A stretch of 47,239 nucleotides of DNA from Spirogloea muscicola (lineage: Eukaryota): NCBI GenBank assembly GCA_009602725.1, contig WELB01000008.1, positions 21,980-69,218 on the forward strand, written 5' to 3'. Positions 35,777 to 47,239 of the stretch are shown here, one piece after another. Numbering within the stretch: position 1 is the stretch's first letter; every line of letters starts with the position of its first letter. The position numbers and the translations under genes are program-made. Below the pieces are notes generated by a model, which searched no databases, was not told the origin of the DNA, and saw nothing but the letters and a program-made list of their open reading frames with translations.

Positions 35777-36470
35777 AGAAGGGCGGCCAGATTGACTGGT
35801 GACTAGGAAAGGCCAGCCCAAAGGTGTGGACAAGAGCTGAGGGAGAGCCTGAGTGCGAACGACTAGGACTAAGACATCAGCCAGGGAACGCTAAGTGACC
35901 TCTAGTCAGGAGATGCAAGTCTGAGTAGCTAGCTGGCGGAAAGACGTCGCCCTGACGGAAGCCGGAGGCCGCCGCCAAAGCTCGGCCTGCGCGCAAGTGA
36001 ACCGCGAAGGCAAGGGACCGCTGCAACGAGATGGCCAGACGCATTCGAAGACTTGAGCAAGGGACCCGGCGACGTTGAAGCCGGGCTGCTCGCCCTGCTG
36101 CCCGAGGCGGGCGGGCCGCTGCACGCCGCGCAAGGCGGTGAAGCAAGTCGAGCCGTTTCGAGCCAAAGGCTCCGTGCACGTCGACTGCCAGTGGATCAAA
36201 CTCGTCTCCCACCGGGTGGTCCGAGTGTTTGCGTTCCTTTTCGCCCGCCGCTTGGCCGACTGCGTAGCCCGCCTCCTCCGACGAGCGTTTGGCGCTGCTG
36301 GAAACAAAGCAGTCAGTCGTGACAACGTCGGCGATGAGCCGAGGCCCCCCGCCGAGCGCGCTGGCGACGAGGTCGGCGCGCCGGGTGTGGATGCGGCCAT
36401 CCGCCCCAGCGGTCGGAGGCATGACGCTGGTGGTCTCGAGCGCCACCGCATAACCGACCTCAATAAAAGG
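35777..36470 (-). mobile_element. CRE-like retrotransposon, family C (RLE and 3' UTR)
   Basis: RRADLV, LIADVVT, KERKH, LAVDVHG, SYSDLHLLTRG; 3' UTR matches 41330-41440. Confidence 0.85.
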
Positions 36471-36476
36471 TATCAC

Positions 36477-37325
36477 CCGCCGGGTGGTCCTTGTACTTGC
36501 TCAACTCCTTCTGTTCGGCCACCTTCACAGCATAGCCTGTCTCAGAAGTAATGGGGCCCTTCGTCCGGAAGCTGTCGGTTAGGACGACGTCCATGAGGAG
36601 CCGCTTACCTCCCAGGGGGAACCCAACCAGATCGACACGCCTCGTCCGAGGGACCCGGTTGCGGAGTTGGATGGGCATCACCCCGGTTCTCTCCAACGCC
36701 ACTTGATATCCCGCCTCCTTGACGATGCCATACATGGCGTCACGTAGGAGGTTGTGAAAGCCCGTGCGCTCACTGCCTCTGGCACACCTGAGCATGTGGT
36801 CACCCATGAGCAATGCATCATGCTCAATTAGACCACATTCACACTGGGTCACCCCTGCCAAGCACAGGGATGGTAAGCCAAGGCGGCGACGCATAGCATC
36901 GCAAAACAAAGCATTTTCCTTCCGCAAGCCTGCATGCAAAGGCAAAGCGCGGAGCTACTCGGACGCTCCCAGAGACGAGACAGATAGGAGCCGAGCCTGG
37001 CCTCGAGCATCCCCTTGGAGGAGACTCCGGAGATGCTCCAGTGGTTGCTCGTCTGCAGCACGGGAAAACCGCAATTGAGCCTTAACATCAGAAACATCAG
37101 CCCAGGCAGCAAAACCAACAGGCTCATTCACTAGAGGCGGGTATGTGGCGAAGAGGTCCTGTTGGCATGCTTTGAGAGTCACTTGGAAAGGCAGACTCCC
37201 CTGAACCACGTTACTGATGTGAGGCGCCAATGTACGTTGTTGCTCAAGGAGGAATCGTCCAGATATGGACGAAGCCACTTGAGCCCAGCAGCCAAGGTAC
37301 GCTGGTCTGCATAAGCGGACCAAGG
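36477..37325 (-). mobile_element. CRE-like retrotransposon fragment, family G (thumb, zinc knuckle, RLE)
   Basis: QCECG...DHMLRC, HNLLRD, RRVDLV, LLMDVV; 36955-37325 is a near-identical reverse complement of 46870-47239. Confidence 0.85.
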
Positions 37326-37334
37326 GGTGACAAG

Positions 37335-37830
37335 AGAAGAAGAGCTCGCCCATAGAGAAGAGGGGCTGGCAAAGGCAGCCCAAAAAGAGAGAAGGCGCGC
37401 GGGGCGCATGAAATGCAATGGAAGCCAGTTCAAGCCGATACATTGTTCAGGCAGAGTCCAGGGCAAGAGAGAAGGCGCGCGGGCGCATGAAATGAAATGG
37501 AGGCCAATTCAAGCCGACACATTGTTCAGGCAGAGTCTAGGGCAAACTAAACAGGGCTACATAAAGCGGCCCCTTTCTCGTACTCTGCTCACTCTCTTTT
37601 GGGCTGGCTTTTCCAGCCCCTATCCTCAATGGGCGAGCACTTTCTTTCTACATAAAGCGGAGACCTAAACTAAGGTGCCTAAGGTGACATCAGTACCCAC
37701 GGGTAGAAGAGAGGGAGAAGGTGCTCGCCCATTGAGGATAGGGGCTGGAAAAGGCAGCCCAAAAAAGAATGAACAGAGTACAAGAAGGGGGCCAGGGGAA
37801 GCGCTAAAGAAAAACAAGCACACAAGCAAA
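37335..37830. repeat. Stack of D/B/E 3'-end fragments in mixed orientation
   Basis: B/D motif at about 37340(-), 37600(+), 37720(-); tandem E tails at 37388-37570 and 37650-37705. Confidence 0.75.
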
Positions 37831-37861
37831 GGAGAGCTGGCCCACCCGGCCAGCCCACAGG

Positions 37862-38490
37862 AGAAGGTGCTCGCCCATTGAGAAGAGGGGCTGGCAAAGC
37901 CAACCCAAAAGGAATGGACAACGTTCAAAGCCAAAGAAAGAGGTGCTGAAAAAGGACGACACTACAAAGTGCAAGATGGTGCAGAGGGAGATGCAGATGG
38001 CTGCTCAGTATCCACGTGTGAGCAACAGCAGATCAGAGTAACTCGGAGCAGGAGAAGCGGCACTTTGCCGAGACCCGGAAGCAGCTGCCATAGCACGGCC
38101 AGCCCGCGCGTGGACCGCATGAGCCAAAGAGCGCTGCAGCGAGACCGCCAGCCTCATCCGAAAGACCTGCGAGAGGGAGCCGGCAGCATTGAAGCCTGGC
38201 GAACCCTGCCGCCGCTCGATGGCCTCCCGGGCAAGCCGCTGGAGGAGATCCAACCAGCCACTGCCAAAGGCCCCGTGTACGTCAATGGCCAGTGCCGCGA
38301 AGGCATCGCCTGGAGGGTGGTCAGAGTACTTGCGCTCCTTACTCCGAGCCGCCAGAGCGACCGCGTGCCCGACGAGCGTCGCGGACTTCGCGGGGTTGGC
38401 CGAATCAACGCAATCGGCAGTTACCACATCAGCGATGATGCGCGGACCTCCTCCGGGCGGGATGGCAACGAGGTCCGCGCGGCGGGTGTG
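37862..38490 (-). mobile_element. CRE-like retrotransposon, family D (RLE and 3' UTR)
   Basis: VVTADC, SKERKY, LAIDVHG, PSYSDLLLLTRGY*. Confidence 0.85.
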
Positions 38491-38639
38491 AAGCTGTCCA
38501 CAGGGCGTGGGCCCGAGGCGTGCGCACGTGGTACGGAGCCCAGGACCTCGAACCGTACTTAGCTACATACAGTGGAGCGAAGCTACCGGTACCGTTCGGG
38601 ACTTCCAAACGGTAGATACGATACGACCGTGTAAGGTTA

Positions 38640-39400
38640 CCGGCACCGTTGGTACACTCAAACGGAGGGAACGTGACAGCAGGTGTCCTCAGATCGGTCC
38701 TCCTTGTGGTACTTGGTCTTCTTGCTCTTCTCCAACTTGCTCCCATGCTGGCTGAGTAGCACTGCTGCTGGCGAGCTGAGTGACCTCCCATCCAGGATCA
38801 TCAGGGCCTCTTCTTGAAGAAACCGCTGGCAAATCTGCTCGAAGGAGAGGGTCTCGCTAGGAGTACTCAGAGCAGTTACCAATTAAGGCCATTCGTGCCT
38901 CATGGAGAGGAGCAGCGCTCGGCGTGATCCTCCTCCTCAAATCGAGGGTCAGCGGCCTTCAGCTCGTTCATGTTCCCCTGGATTTTGCTGACGTGGTCCT
39001 GGATGCTGGCAGATGGATCCCTCCTGGCCTCCCAAAGTTGAGGACGAAGGTGCGCCTTCGAAGCTTTGGTCTTCTTCTCGTAGATGTTGCAGAGGGTCCT
39101 CCAGGCATCAGCTGCACTCCTGGCACCAAGGACATGCCGAGCTTGGCTGTCTGACGCTCCTCCTTCTGAGGCTGGTGCTGAAGCTGGTGTTGGGGCAGAA
39201 TGCTTAGACTCCCCTGCAGCCGCACCTTGTTCTCCCCCCCAGCCTGGCTTGCAGACTGGCTCTGTCCAGCTCCACCTGTTGGAGCTGCTGACGGGCTCAC
39301 CACATCCCAAAGGTCTCTGGACTTCAGGATGTGCTCCGATCGCCACTTCCACAAAGAAAAGTCGGTGCCGTTGAACCTCACAACGTCCATGGCTTCGCCG
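38640..39400 (-). mobile_element. Degenerate copia-type gag remnant
   Basis: RFNGTDFSLWKWRSEHILKSRDLWDVV, SAADAWRTLCNIYE, IQDHVSKI, LSFEQICQRFLQEE; frameshifted. Confidence 0.75.
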
Positions 39401-39574
39401 CCGCCTCTGATACCATGATGTCCGGAATGGACAGGATGTTTAATGGCAGCCATTGCGGGCTACCGTCGGCAGCCGTTGTCGAAGGCTAAACGGCGTGCCA
39501 GCGGCTGGGCAGAGCCCACTGAGAGGAGAATGCGGCTGCTGATATTAAAGAATCGGCTGTAATTTAAGGGGGGA

Positions 39575-41965
39575 GCCGGTGGACTTTCCTGCAGCCGGGT
39601 CGCTAGCGTGGGTATACAGGATGCGCTTGGCCGTCTCGCTGCAGCGGTCAATGTCCCGCGCGCTGCACCTGCGGGCTGGCAGAGCCTTTGCTGCTGCCTC
39701 TGGCTCTGGCCAGGGGACCCACTTCTAGGAGCCTAGCGTCTCTGACCTGAGGCTGCTTTGCAGGGGTGACTGAGTGATCCGTAGCTGCTTTGTTTCTTTG
39801 TGTGCTTGTTTTTCTTAGCGCTTCCCCTGGCCCCCTTCTCGTCCTTCGTTGGTCGTTTTTGGGCTGGCTTTTCCAGCCCCTATTCTCAATGGGCGAGCAA
39901 TTTCTTCCACTGAGAGGTGAGAGGAGATGGAGCGTTGAGCGGGCAGAGAGGCAGGGCTGGCCCGTCCGTTGTTCATTCTTTTTTCGGGCTGGTTTTCAAG
40001 CCCCTATCCTCAATGGCGAGCACATTCTTCTCATTCAGAAATGAGAGGCCGCGCAGGGGACTCGGCTGGTGCCCTTGGTTGTATGCGGCAGCCCGGGAGG
40101 GCGCCGCCCCAAGTGTCTGACAGAGCAGCTTGTGAAGTCTCTCTTGTGGCGGTGAGTGGTTCCGCGAAGGCGGTAACCACCTGCATCACCTGCGTGGGGG
40201 GGCGGCGTCTAACAGCGTTTTGGGCTGGCTTTTGCGTCTCTGACCTGGGCTGCTTAGCAGGGGTTACTGAGTGATCCGTAGCTGCTTTGTTTCTTTGTGT
40301 GCTTGTTTGTCTTAGCGTTTCCCCCGGCCCCCTTCTCGTCATTTGTTGGTTCTTTTTTGGGCTGGCTTTTCCAGCCCCTACTCTCAATGGGCGAGCACTA
40401 TCTTCTTTCCCAGCCACCAGTCAATCTGGCCGCGCTTTCTCACTGCCCCCTATCTAATCTGGAAGGCAGGTGGATGGGAAACTACTTCCTGCAACCGGGT
40501 CGCTGGCGCAAGTGTATTGTATGCGCCTGGCCGTCTCGCTGCAGAAGAAAGTGCTCGCCCATTGAGGATAGGGGCTGGAAATGCCAGCCCAAAAAAAATT
40601 CAATGATGGACGAGAAAGGGGGCCAGGGGAAGCGCTAAGAAAAACAAGCACAAAAAGAGACAAAGCAGCTACGAATCACTCAGTAACCCCTGCTAAGCAG
40701 CCGCAGATCAGAGATGCTAGGCTCCTGGAAGTGAGAAGAAGTGGGTCACCTGGCCTGCAGAGGTCTACGGCCCGCGCTGTGCACCTGCGTGCCGGCAGAG
40801 CCCTCGCTGCTGCCTCTGGCTCTGGGGACCCACTTCCGGGAGCCTAGCATCTCTGACCTGCTGCTGCTTAAGGGGGTTACGGAGTGATTTGTAGCTGCTT
40901 TGTTTCTTTGTGTGCTTGTCTTTCTTAGCGCTTCCCCTGGCCCCCTTCTCGTTCTTTGTTGATCTTTTTTGGGCTGGCTTTTCTAGCCCCTATTCTCAAT
41001 GGGCGAGCACTTTCTTCTTTTCTTAGCGCTTCTTTCCCCTGGCTTCTCGTACTTTGTTCATTCTTTTTTGGGCTGGCTTTCCACCGCCTGGCGCGGCGTG
41101 CAGCGGCCCGCCGCCACGGGCAGCAGGGCGAGCCCGGCTTCAACGTCGTCGGGTCCCTCGCACAAGTCTTCCGCATGCGTTTGGCCGTCTCGATGCAGCG
41201 GTCCCTTGCCTTTCGCGGTTCAATTGCGCGCAGGCCGAGCTTTGGCGGCGGCCTCCGGCTTCCGTCAGGGCGACGTCTATCCGCCAGCTAGCTACTCAGA
41301 CTTGCATCTCCTGACTAGAGGTTACTGAGCGTTCCCTGGCTGATGTCTTAGTCCTAGTCGTTCGCACTCAGGCTCCCTCAGATCTTGTCCATTCCTTTGG
41401 GCTGGCCTTTCCCAGCCACCAGTCAATCTGGCCGCGCTTCTTTCCAAGCCCCTATCCTCAATGGGCGAGCACTTTCCTTTTCTTCTCGTCCTTTGTTCAT
41501 TCTTTTTTTGGGCTGGCTTATCCTGCCCCTATCCTCAATGGGCGAGCACTTTCTATTCCAGCCCGTCCTCAAGGGGCGAGCACTTTCTTCTTAACCTACT
41601 CCGCGGATGTCACCGCCGGATAAGGTACTACTCCGCGGCTGTCACCGCCTAGAGCTAGTTAGCTAACTTGAAGTTAGCCAAGACTTCCCCCTTAGCGATT
41701 TCTCGCTTTAGGACAACAAGCACATCCCTCGTGGGCAGATGAGGAAGGGAAGGTGGGCCCCACAGGCAGCGGGGGACCGTGTCAGGAGTGCTCAGAAGAA
41801 AGTGCTCGCCCATTGAGAATAAGGGCTGGAACAACCAGCCCGAAAAAGAATGAACAGAGTACGAGAAGGGGGCCAGGGGAAGCGCTAAGTAACAGAAACA
41901 AAGCTGCTACGAGACACTCAGTAACCCCTGCTAAGCAGCCGCAGATCAGAGATGCTGGGCTCCTG
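39575..41965. mobile_element. Nested array of family B and C 3' fragments
   Basis: B 39575-39905(+), 40230-40400(+), 40485-41015(+) with antisense B at 40545-40754; C 41085-41440(+); B 41797-41965(-); several bare B motifs. Confidence 0.8.
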
Positions 41966-42984
41966 CAGAGGGTGCCCCTGCGCTCACCCCGGGCCGGACC
42001 ACCCCGGCAGCACCACCTCCGCCGCCGCGCCGCGCCTCGTCTCCTCGTCCCTGACACCCTTTTCCGCCCCGCTCCTCCTCTTCCCTCCGCGCGCGCTCGC
42101 CAGCTCCACCATCACTGCCTCGTCCCGCCGCCATCCCCGCGGACGGCGCCGCCGCCGACGGCCCGAACCACCGCCCCCGTGCCGCGGCAGCAGCTGCGGC
42201 CCCGGCTTTCTGCCTCCCGCCATCCTCCGCCGCCGCCTTCCGCGCCATGCTCGACGGCAGCGGCGCCGCGGCCGCCGGCGCTCCGGCCTGCCTGCCTCCC
42301 CACGACTTTCACCAGGTAGCGGCTGCTCGATCGCCCTCGCATCGAAGCCACTGAGTTGTGGTGATCGAGTCGTTGCCCGCCGTATCCCTGCACGGCCGAG
42401 CTCATCAACACGGCGGCTGATTCCCGCCATGTCGTGTGCCGCTCCTGGTGCAGGCATCAGTGCCCGCACCCTCTTCGCCAGCGCCGTCTCCAGCGCTGGC
42501 CGTGCCTGCTCCCCAGACCCTGCCACTCCCGCCGTCACCGTTCACGCCCGTGAGCGACGAGCAACCCCTCGACGTGACATTGTGGTCGACGTTGAACCCT
42601 CTACTCGCCAACCCGCACCTATCGGAAAGCATGCGCGAAGCTGATCCGTGGCAAGACTTCCTGGACACGGACCTTCTTGCCAACGGCCACTGCAGTAGGG
42701 GCTGTCCCACCGCTGGCAGTGAGGCCACCTTAAGCAACTCTGAATGGAGAGCTCTGCTCTATGCTGACGATGCCGGCACCCTGAAGAGGCTCCTCGCAAA
42801 ATTCCCTTCTCTTGCGAGACCTTTTTGAAAACTCTTGCTCTTGCTAGCTCCTATGATCTAGGTTCTAGAACTGTGTGTGGAGCCTCGCGGTACCACCGCC
42901 ATGCGCGCATTATGAGGCCCACACACAGTGGAGCGTCGGCAGGGTACTGAAGGGCTCAGGGTTTATCCCTGAGCAAGGCAAAGC

Positions 42985-44770
42985 TTTGTGTACTTGAAAG
43001 AAACGAAGGCCAAATGGCCTAGTACACAGGCAAGCACATCTCAAGACATACATCACCTACAGCATATCGAGCCGCTCAGTAACCACAGGTCAATACATAA
43101 AGGTCGCTAATCGATGCCTGAATACTAGATGGCAGATACGAAGCCCTTCTGCCACCAAGTAGAGCTGGCCCAGCTTTCTGGTGCAAAGCATTAGCCTGAG
43201 CACGCTGCAAACAGGCCGAAACTTGTCATCGCAAGAATGACAGATATGCAGTTGGCAAGTTATTTTCAGCCGGAACCACATCTGCACGTCGTGCGTTGCC
43301 TAGATTGGCAATATTCTGAGGGAGAGTGTGGAAATGAGGACCTGAACAGCCAAAAATGTCGACTGCAGCTAGCAGGAGCTGATCGCATTGGGGGTAAGCG
43401 AAGTAGTGCTGCAGCTTGCTTTGTTCTGCACTGCCCACTGCGTTGTCAGCGATGTGCGTCGATGCTGGACCTTATTTAAGCCTCCGTGACAACAACATCA
43501 ACCAAGGCCCGTGGTCCTCAACCAGGTTGCATGCCCACAATGTCAAGTGTGCGGCGATGCTGACGTCCCTGGGAATCCGTGGTGATACGCTTAATATTGT
43601 TCACTTCCACAACGGCACGGTAAGCGGCGTCGCGCATCAGAGTAGCCAGGGCATCACGGTTGTGGATGGAGGAGGAGATTGGTTTGTGGATGCTCACCAC
43701 TTGAAGTCCAGTGGGGCATCGCAGCATGTGAGTGGAGCTCAACACCCTCTGCACGGAAGCCACACTCACACTGGCGCACTCCATTCAGACAGTCAAGTGG
43801 GAGGCCGAGGAAAAGTCGAAGCAGCGTCCGAAAGGCCTCGGAGCTGATGCTGAAGGCATTGGCAACGGTGTGTGAGGTGATCCAGGCGGTGGCACCAGGT
43901 GTGGCTCGAGAAGTAAGTCTTGCCAGGCTCCTTGAATTGTTCCGAATCTCTGGCAGCCTCCTCGACCTTCTGCGGCGCTCGTCATCCACTGTCGTAACCA
44001 GTCTGGATTGTGCCCCTCTATCAGAAGCTTGGGCGAGGGAATAGAATGGGGTCATCAGGGGTTGTCGAGAGGAATAATAGCTGACTGCTGAGTGGCGGAT
44101 GCTCCTCAGATCCGCTTGAAAGGGGAAGGAGCCTTCCTCCACATTGCGTACGGGTTTGTGGAGGCAAGGGAAGCGCATGGGTAGCAGAGAGGCGATCTGG
44201 TCCCAGCAGCCCAGGAAGGCTACCTGCGCTGTCTGCTCCAACGACCGGCAGCCAAGGCCGCCAATGCGAGTGAGGAGGGAAGCCTGGAGAGAAGGCGCGC
44301 GGGGCGCATGAATTGAAAGGGAGGCCAATTCAAGCCAATACATTGTTCAGGCAGAGTCGAGTGCAGACTAAACAATGCTACATAATACGGAGACCTAATC
44401 TAAGGTACCTAAGATGACATTAGTACCCACGGGTGAGCACAAACAAATCTGACAAGCTAACTTGGGGAGCTGGAGCGCCGCCACGAAAGCCGGAGGCCTG
44501 ACTTAGAGCACGCCCTGCACGTTGATGAAGAGCCAATGCTTGCGAGCGCTGCAAACTAAGCGAGAGCCGCATTCTATAATATGCAGGGAAGGGAAGATGA
44601 AGCTGGAGGGAAGATGAAGCTGAGGGGAAAGATGAAGAATGTAGTAGAGATGCCAGGGACTGCAGAAGGGAGTTGGCGTATGCCTTGTAGAGCTCGCCCA
44701 TCATGCCCATTGGGGCGACTGTCCGTTGCAGGTAGCATGCGCGTTGGCCGATGCAGCGGTTGAGTATGCC
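42985..44770 (-). mobile_element. Family A copy interrupted by a family E 3' fragment (about 44290-44583)
   Basis: Colinear with 27597-29010; E insert ends VSLSDLFVLTRGY* plus UTR. Confidence 0.85.
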
Positions 44771-44869
44771 AACGCCAGCTGTGTGTCGCCAAGGAGGGGA
44801 AGGGAAGGGAGGGGGGCAAGGTGTATTTGTGGGCGTTCCCGCAAATCCTCCGCCACGTCAGTGCGAAGG

Positions 44870-45090
44870 TCTAGGACTAAGACATCAGCCAGCGAACGGT
44901 CAGTAACCTCAGCCACCGCCCTCTCCGGAGTGCAAAGGACAAGGACTAGAACTGAGACATCAGCCAGGGAACGCTCAGTAACCTCTAGTCAGGAGATGCA
45001 AGTCTGAGTAGCTAGCCGGCGGAAAGACGTCGCCCTCACGGAAGCCGGAGGCCGCCGCCAAAGCTCGGCCTGCGCGCAAGTGAACCGCAT
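44870..45090 (-). mobile_element. Family C 3' fragments
   Basis: Matches 35865-36005; partial duplication at 44870-44910. Confidence 0.75.
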
Positions 45091-45446
45091 GGAGGAGCTG
45101 CGCGACCACTTCCCTTCTCCTCATGGCCTATGGCCGTCCAGGGCGGCCGCTGTGGCAAGCGGGAGTCGTGGAAGACGCTGTGGTCATCTTCCGGCACACG
45201 CCTGGGAAACCCCGTAGCCCAATCCTGATGATAAGCCAGCCCGAAAAGATTAGACAAGGTTCGAAGGGGCCAAATTACGAAGGGCCAGCAAGCGCTATCT
45301 CAAGAGTGGGGTAGGATGAACCACTTAATGACTACGAGTGAGGAGCCGCTGTGAAAAGCCAGCCGGAAGAGACTTGACAGAGTTCGGAGGGGCCGAAAAG
45401 GACTGAAAGACAGAAATGAGCAAGGAGCAGGTAGGAGAGTCACTTA

Positions 45447-46217
45447 GCGTCATGCCGCTCCAGGAAAGGGCCGACGGTCTCCACGCCCGTCCCGTAGACC
45501 TGGTGGAGAAAGGCCACCCCACAGGCCGGCGGGCCACGTCTTCTCCTGGACGTGGTGACCACCGACGCATACGACCGCTCAGACCCAGCCCAGTGTGCCA
45601 CCAAGGTCGCCTGCGCCGCTCGGGCTAAAGAAAGAAAGTGCTCGCCCATTGAGAATAGGGGCTGGAAAAGCCAGCCCAAAAAAGAGCTCAAGTACGCCAA
45701 CCATCCGCGGGAAGAAGAGTTCTTCCCGTCGGCAATTGACACCCATGGGGCGCTGGGCGCTTGGTGGCTCGAGCTGCTCATCCGGCTCGCCCGCCACACC
45801 ATCGCCCGTCGCTTCCATGGGGAGCCGGTAGACTTTCCTGGCTTTGGCCAGGGGACCCGCTTCCAGGAGCTTAGCGTCTCTGACCTGAGGCTGCTTAGCA
45901 GGGGTTACTGAGTGATCCATAGCTGCTTGGTTTCTTTGTGTGCTTGTTCTCTTAGCGCTTCTCCTGGCCCCCTTCTCGTCCTTTCTTGATTTGTTTTGGG
46001 CTGGTTTTTCCAGCCCCTATTCTCAATGGGCGAGCACTTACTTCCTGCAGCCGGGTCGCTGGCGCAAGTGTATCGTATGGGCCTGGCCGTCTCGCTGCAG
46101 AGTTCTATGGCCCGCGCGCTGCACCTCCGTGCCGGCAGAGCCCTCGCTGCTGCTACTGGCTCTGGCCAGGGGACCCACTTCCAGGAGCCTAGCATCTCTG
46201 ATCTGCGGCTGCTTAGC
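45447..46217 (+). mobile_element. Family B RLE region carrying two nested family B 3' ends
   Basis: Reverse-complement homolog of 6340-6965; inserts at 45633-45680 (antisense) and 45841-46039 (sense). Confidence 0.8.
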
Positions 46218-46224
46218 TGTTCTG

Positions 46225-47239
46225 CAGTCAAAGACGGGGACACGCCAAGGTGATCCAATGGGTGGTTTCCTCTTCGCTCTGGCGCATCACCGTGCTTTGC
46301 GCAACACGGCGAGCGCTCACCCTGGCGTTCTCTTCCCGAGCTATGCGGATGATACCACGCTCCTCGGCCCCCCAGAGGAGGTGCTGCGAGCTTTCGGCAC
46401 GCTTCAGCACCAGCTCCAGCTTATTGGGCTTGGTGGGGTCAATCCGGCCAAGTGCTCTGCCTGGTCCCCCATTGGCATCCCTCTTTCCCTCTTCCCCTCG
46501 TTGCCGACATCTTGTCAGACTCCAGAGGACGGCTTGAGGATCTTGGGAGTGCCACTAGGGGACCCGTCTTACTCGGAGGGTGCTGTCCTTGCTCGTCTCC
46601 AAGGATACATGCAGGTCCTGCCAGAGCTCCCCAGCCTCGGGGACTCTCAGTTGGCAATGGCCATTTTGACCAGGAGTGTGGCACAGCGGCCGTGCTACCT
46701 CCTGCGTACGGTCCCACCGTCGGTCAGCTTGGATGCTATCTATGCATCCATTGATGTCAAGCTTCAGCAATGTCTTGCTGATCAGATTGCTCACCCACTC
46801 CTAGAGCAGTCTCCAGCAGCACTGGTGCAATGTACGCTGCCCATACGCCACGGTGGGCTTGATTTCGCCCCTTGGTCCGCTTATGCAGACCAGCGTACCT
46901 TGGCTGCTGGGCTCAAGTGGCTTCGTCCATATCTGGACGATTCCTCCTTGAGCAACAACGTGTATTGGCGCCTCACATCAGTAACGTGGTTCAGGAGAGT
47001 CTGCCTTTCCAAGTGACTCTCAAAGCATGCCAACAGGACCTCTTCGCCACATACCCGCCTCTGGTGAATGAGCCTGTTGGTTTTGCTGCCTGGGCCGACG
47101 TTTCTGATGTTAAGGCTCAATCGCGGTTTTCCCGTGCTGCAGACGAGCAACCACTGGAGCATCTCCGGAGTCTCCTCCAAGGGGATGCTCGAGGCCAGGC
47201 TCGGCTCCTATCTGTTTCGTCTCTGGGAGCGTCTGAGTG
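46225..47239 (+). mobile_element. CRE-like reverse transcriptase region (family G); frameshifted, runs off the window
   Basis: GTRQGDPMGGFLF, SYADDT, VNPAKC, RILGVPLG, LPIRHGGL; 1-nt frameshift near 46860. Confidence 0.88.

Noticed and set aside
39860..41590. CRISPR-like array of the 45-bp GGGCTGG...GAGCAC repeat
   Set aside because: Irregular spacing, mixed orientation, eukaryotic context, no cas genes; the repeat is a retroelement 3' end.
42745..42775. LLYADD as a reverse transcriptase catalytic motif
   Set aside because: No upstream QG motif or other RT blocks; likely chance.

Overview
Eukaryotic, GC-rich, intron-containing nuclear DNA from a green plant lineage. A streptophyte alga is inferred from the gene set and short introns; this is not proven. 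Six spliced host genes lie on the minus strand: a fasciclin(FAS1)-ectodomain receptor-like kinase, ALG9 mannosyltransferase (apparent frameshift, 5' end in an N gap), a CXE/GID1-family carboxylesterase, phosphoribulokinase, an F-box/kelch protein (plus a rearranged pseudogene copy) and a subclass III-like SnRK2 kinase. The rest is transposon-derived: a decayed Ty1/copia element, two further copies of its LTR-like sequence, a second gag remnant, and many fragments of CRE-like non-LTR retrotransposons (RT, zinc knuckle, restriction-like endonuclease). I label these families A-G by eye. Highlights: (1) these retroelements lack poly(A) tails, share a 3' hairpin module and a C-terminal SDLxxL(T/S)RGY motif, and insert into each other at recurrent pyrimidine-matched sites; (2) their short 3' ends, one carrying a CCAAT box, sit upstream of nearly every gene; (3) the FAS1-kinase fusion. 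Exon and repeat boundaries were read manually and are approximate.
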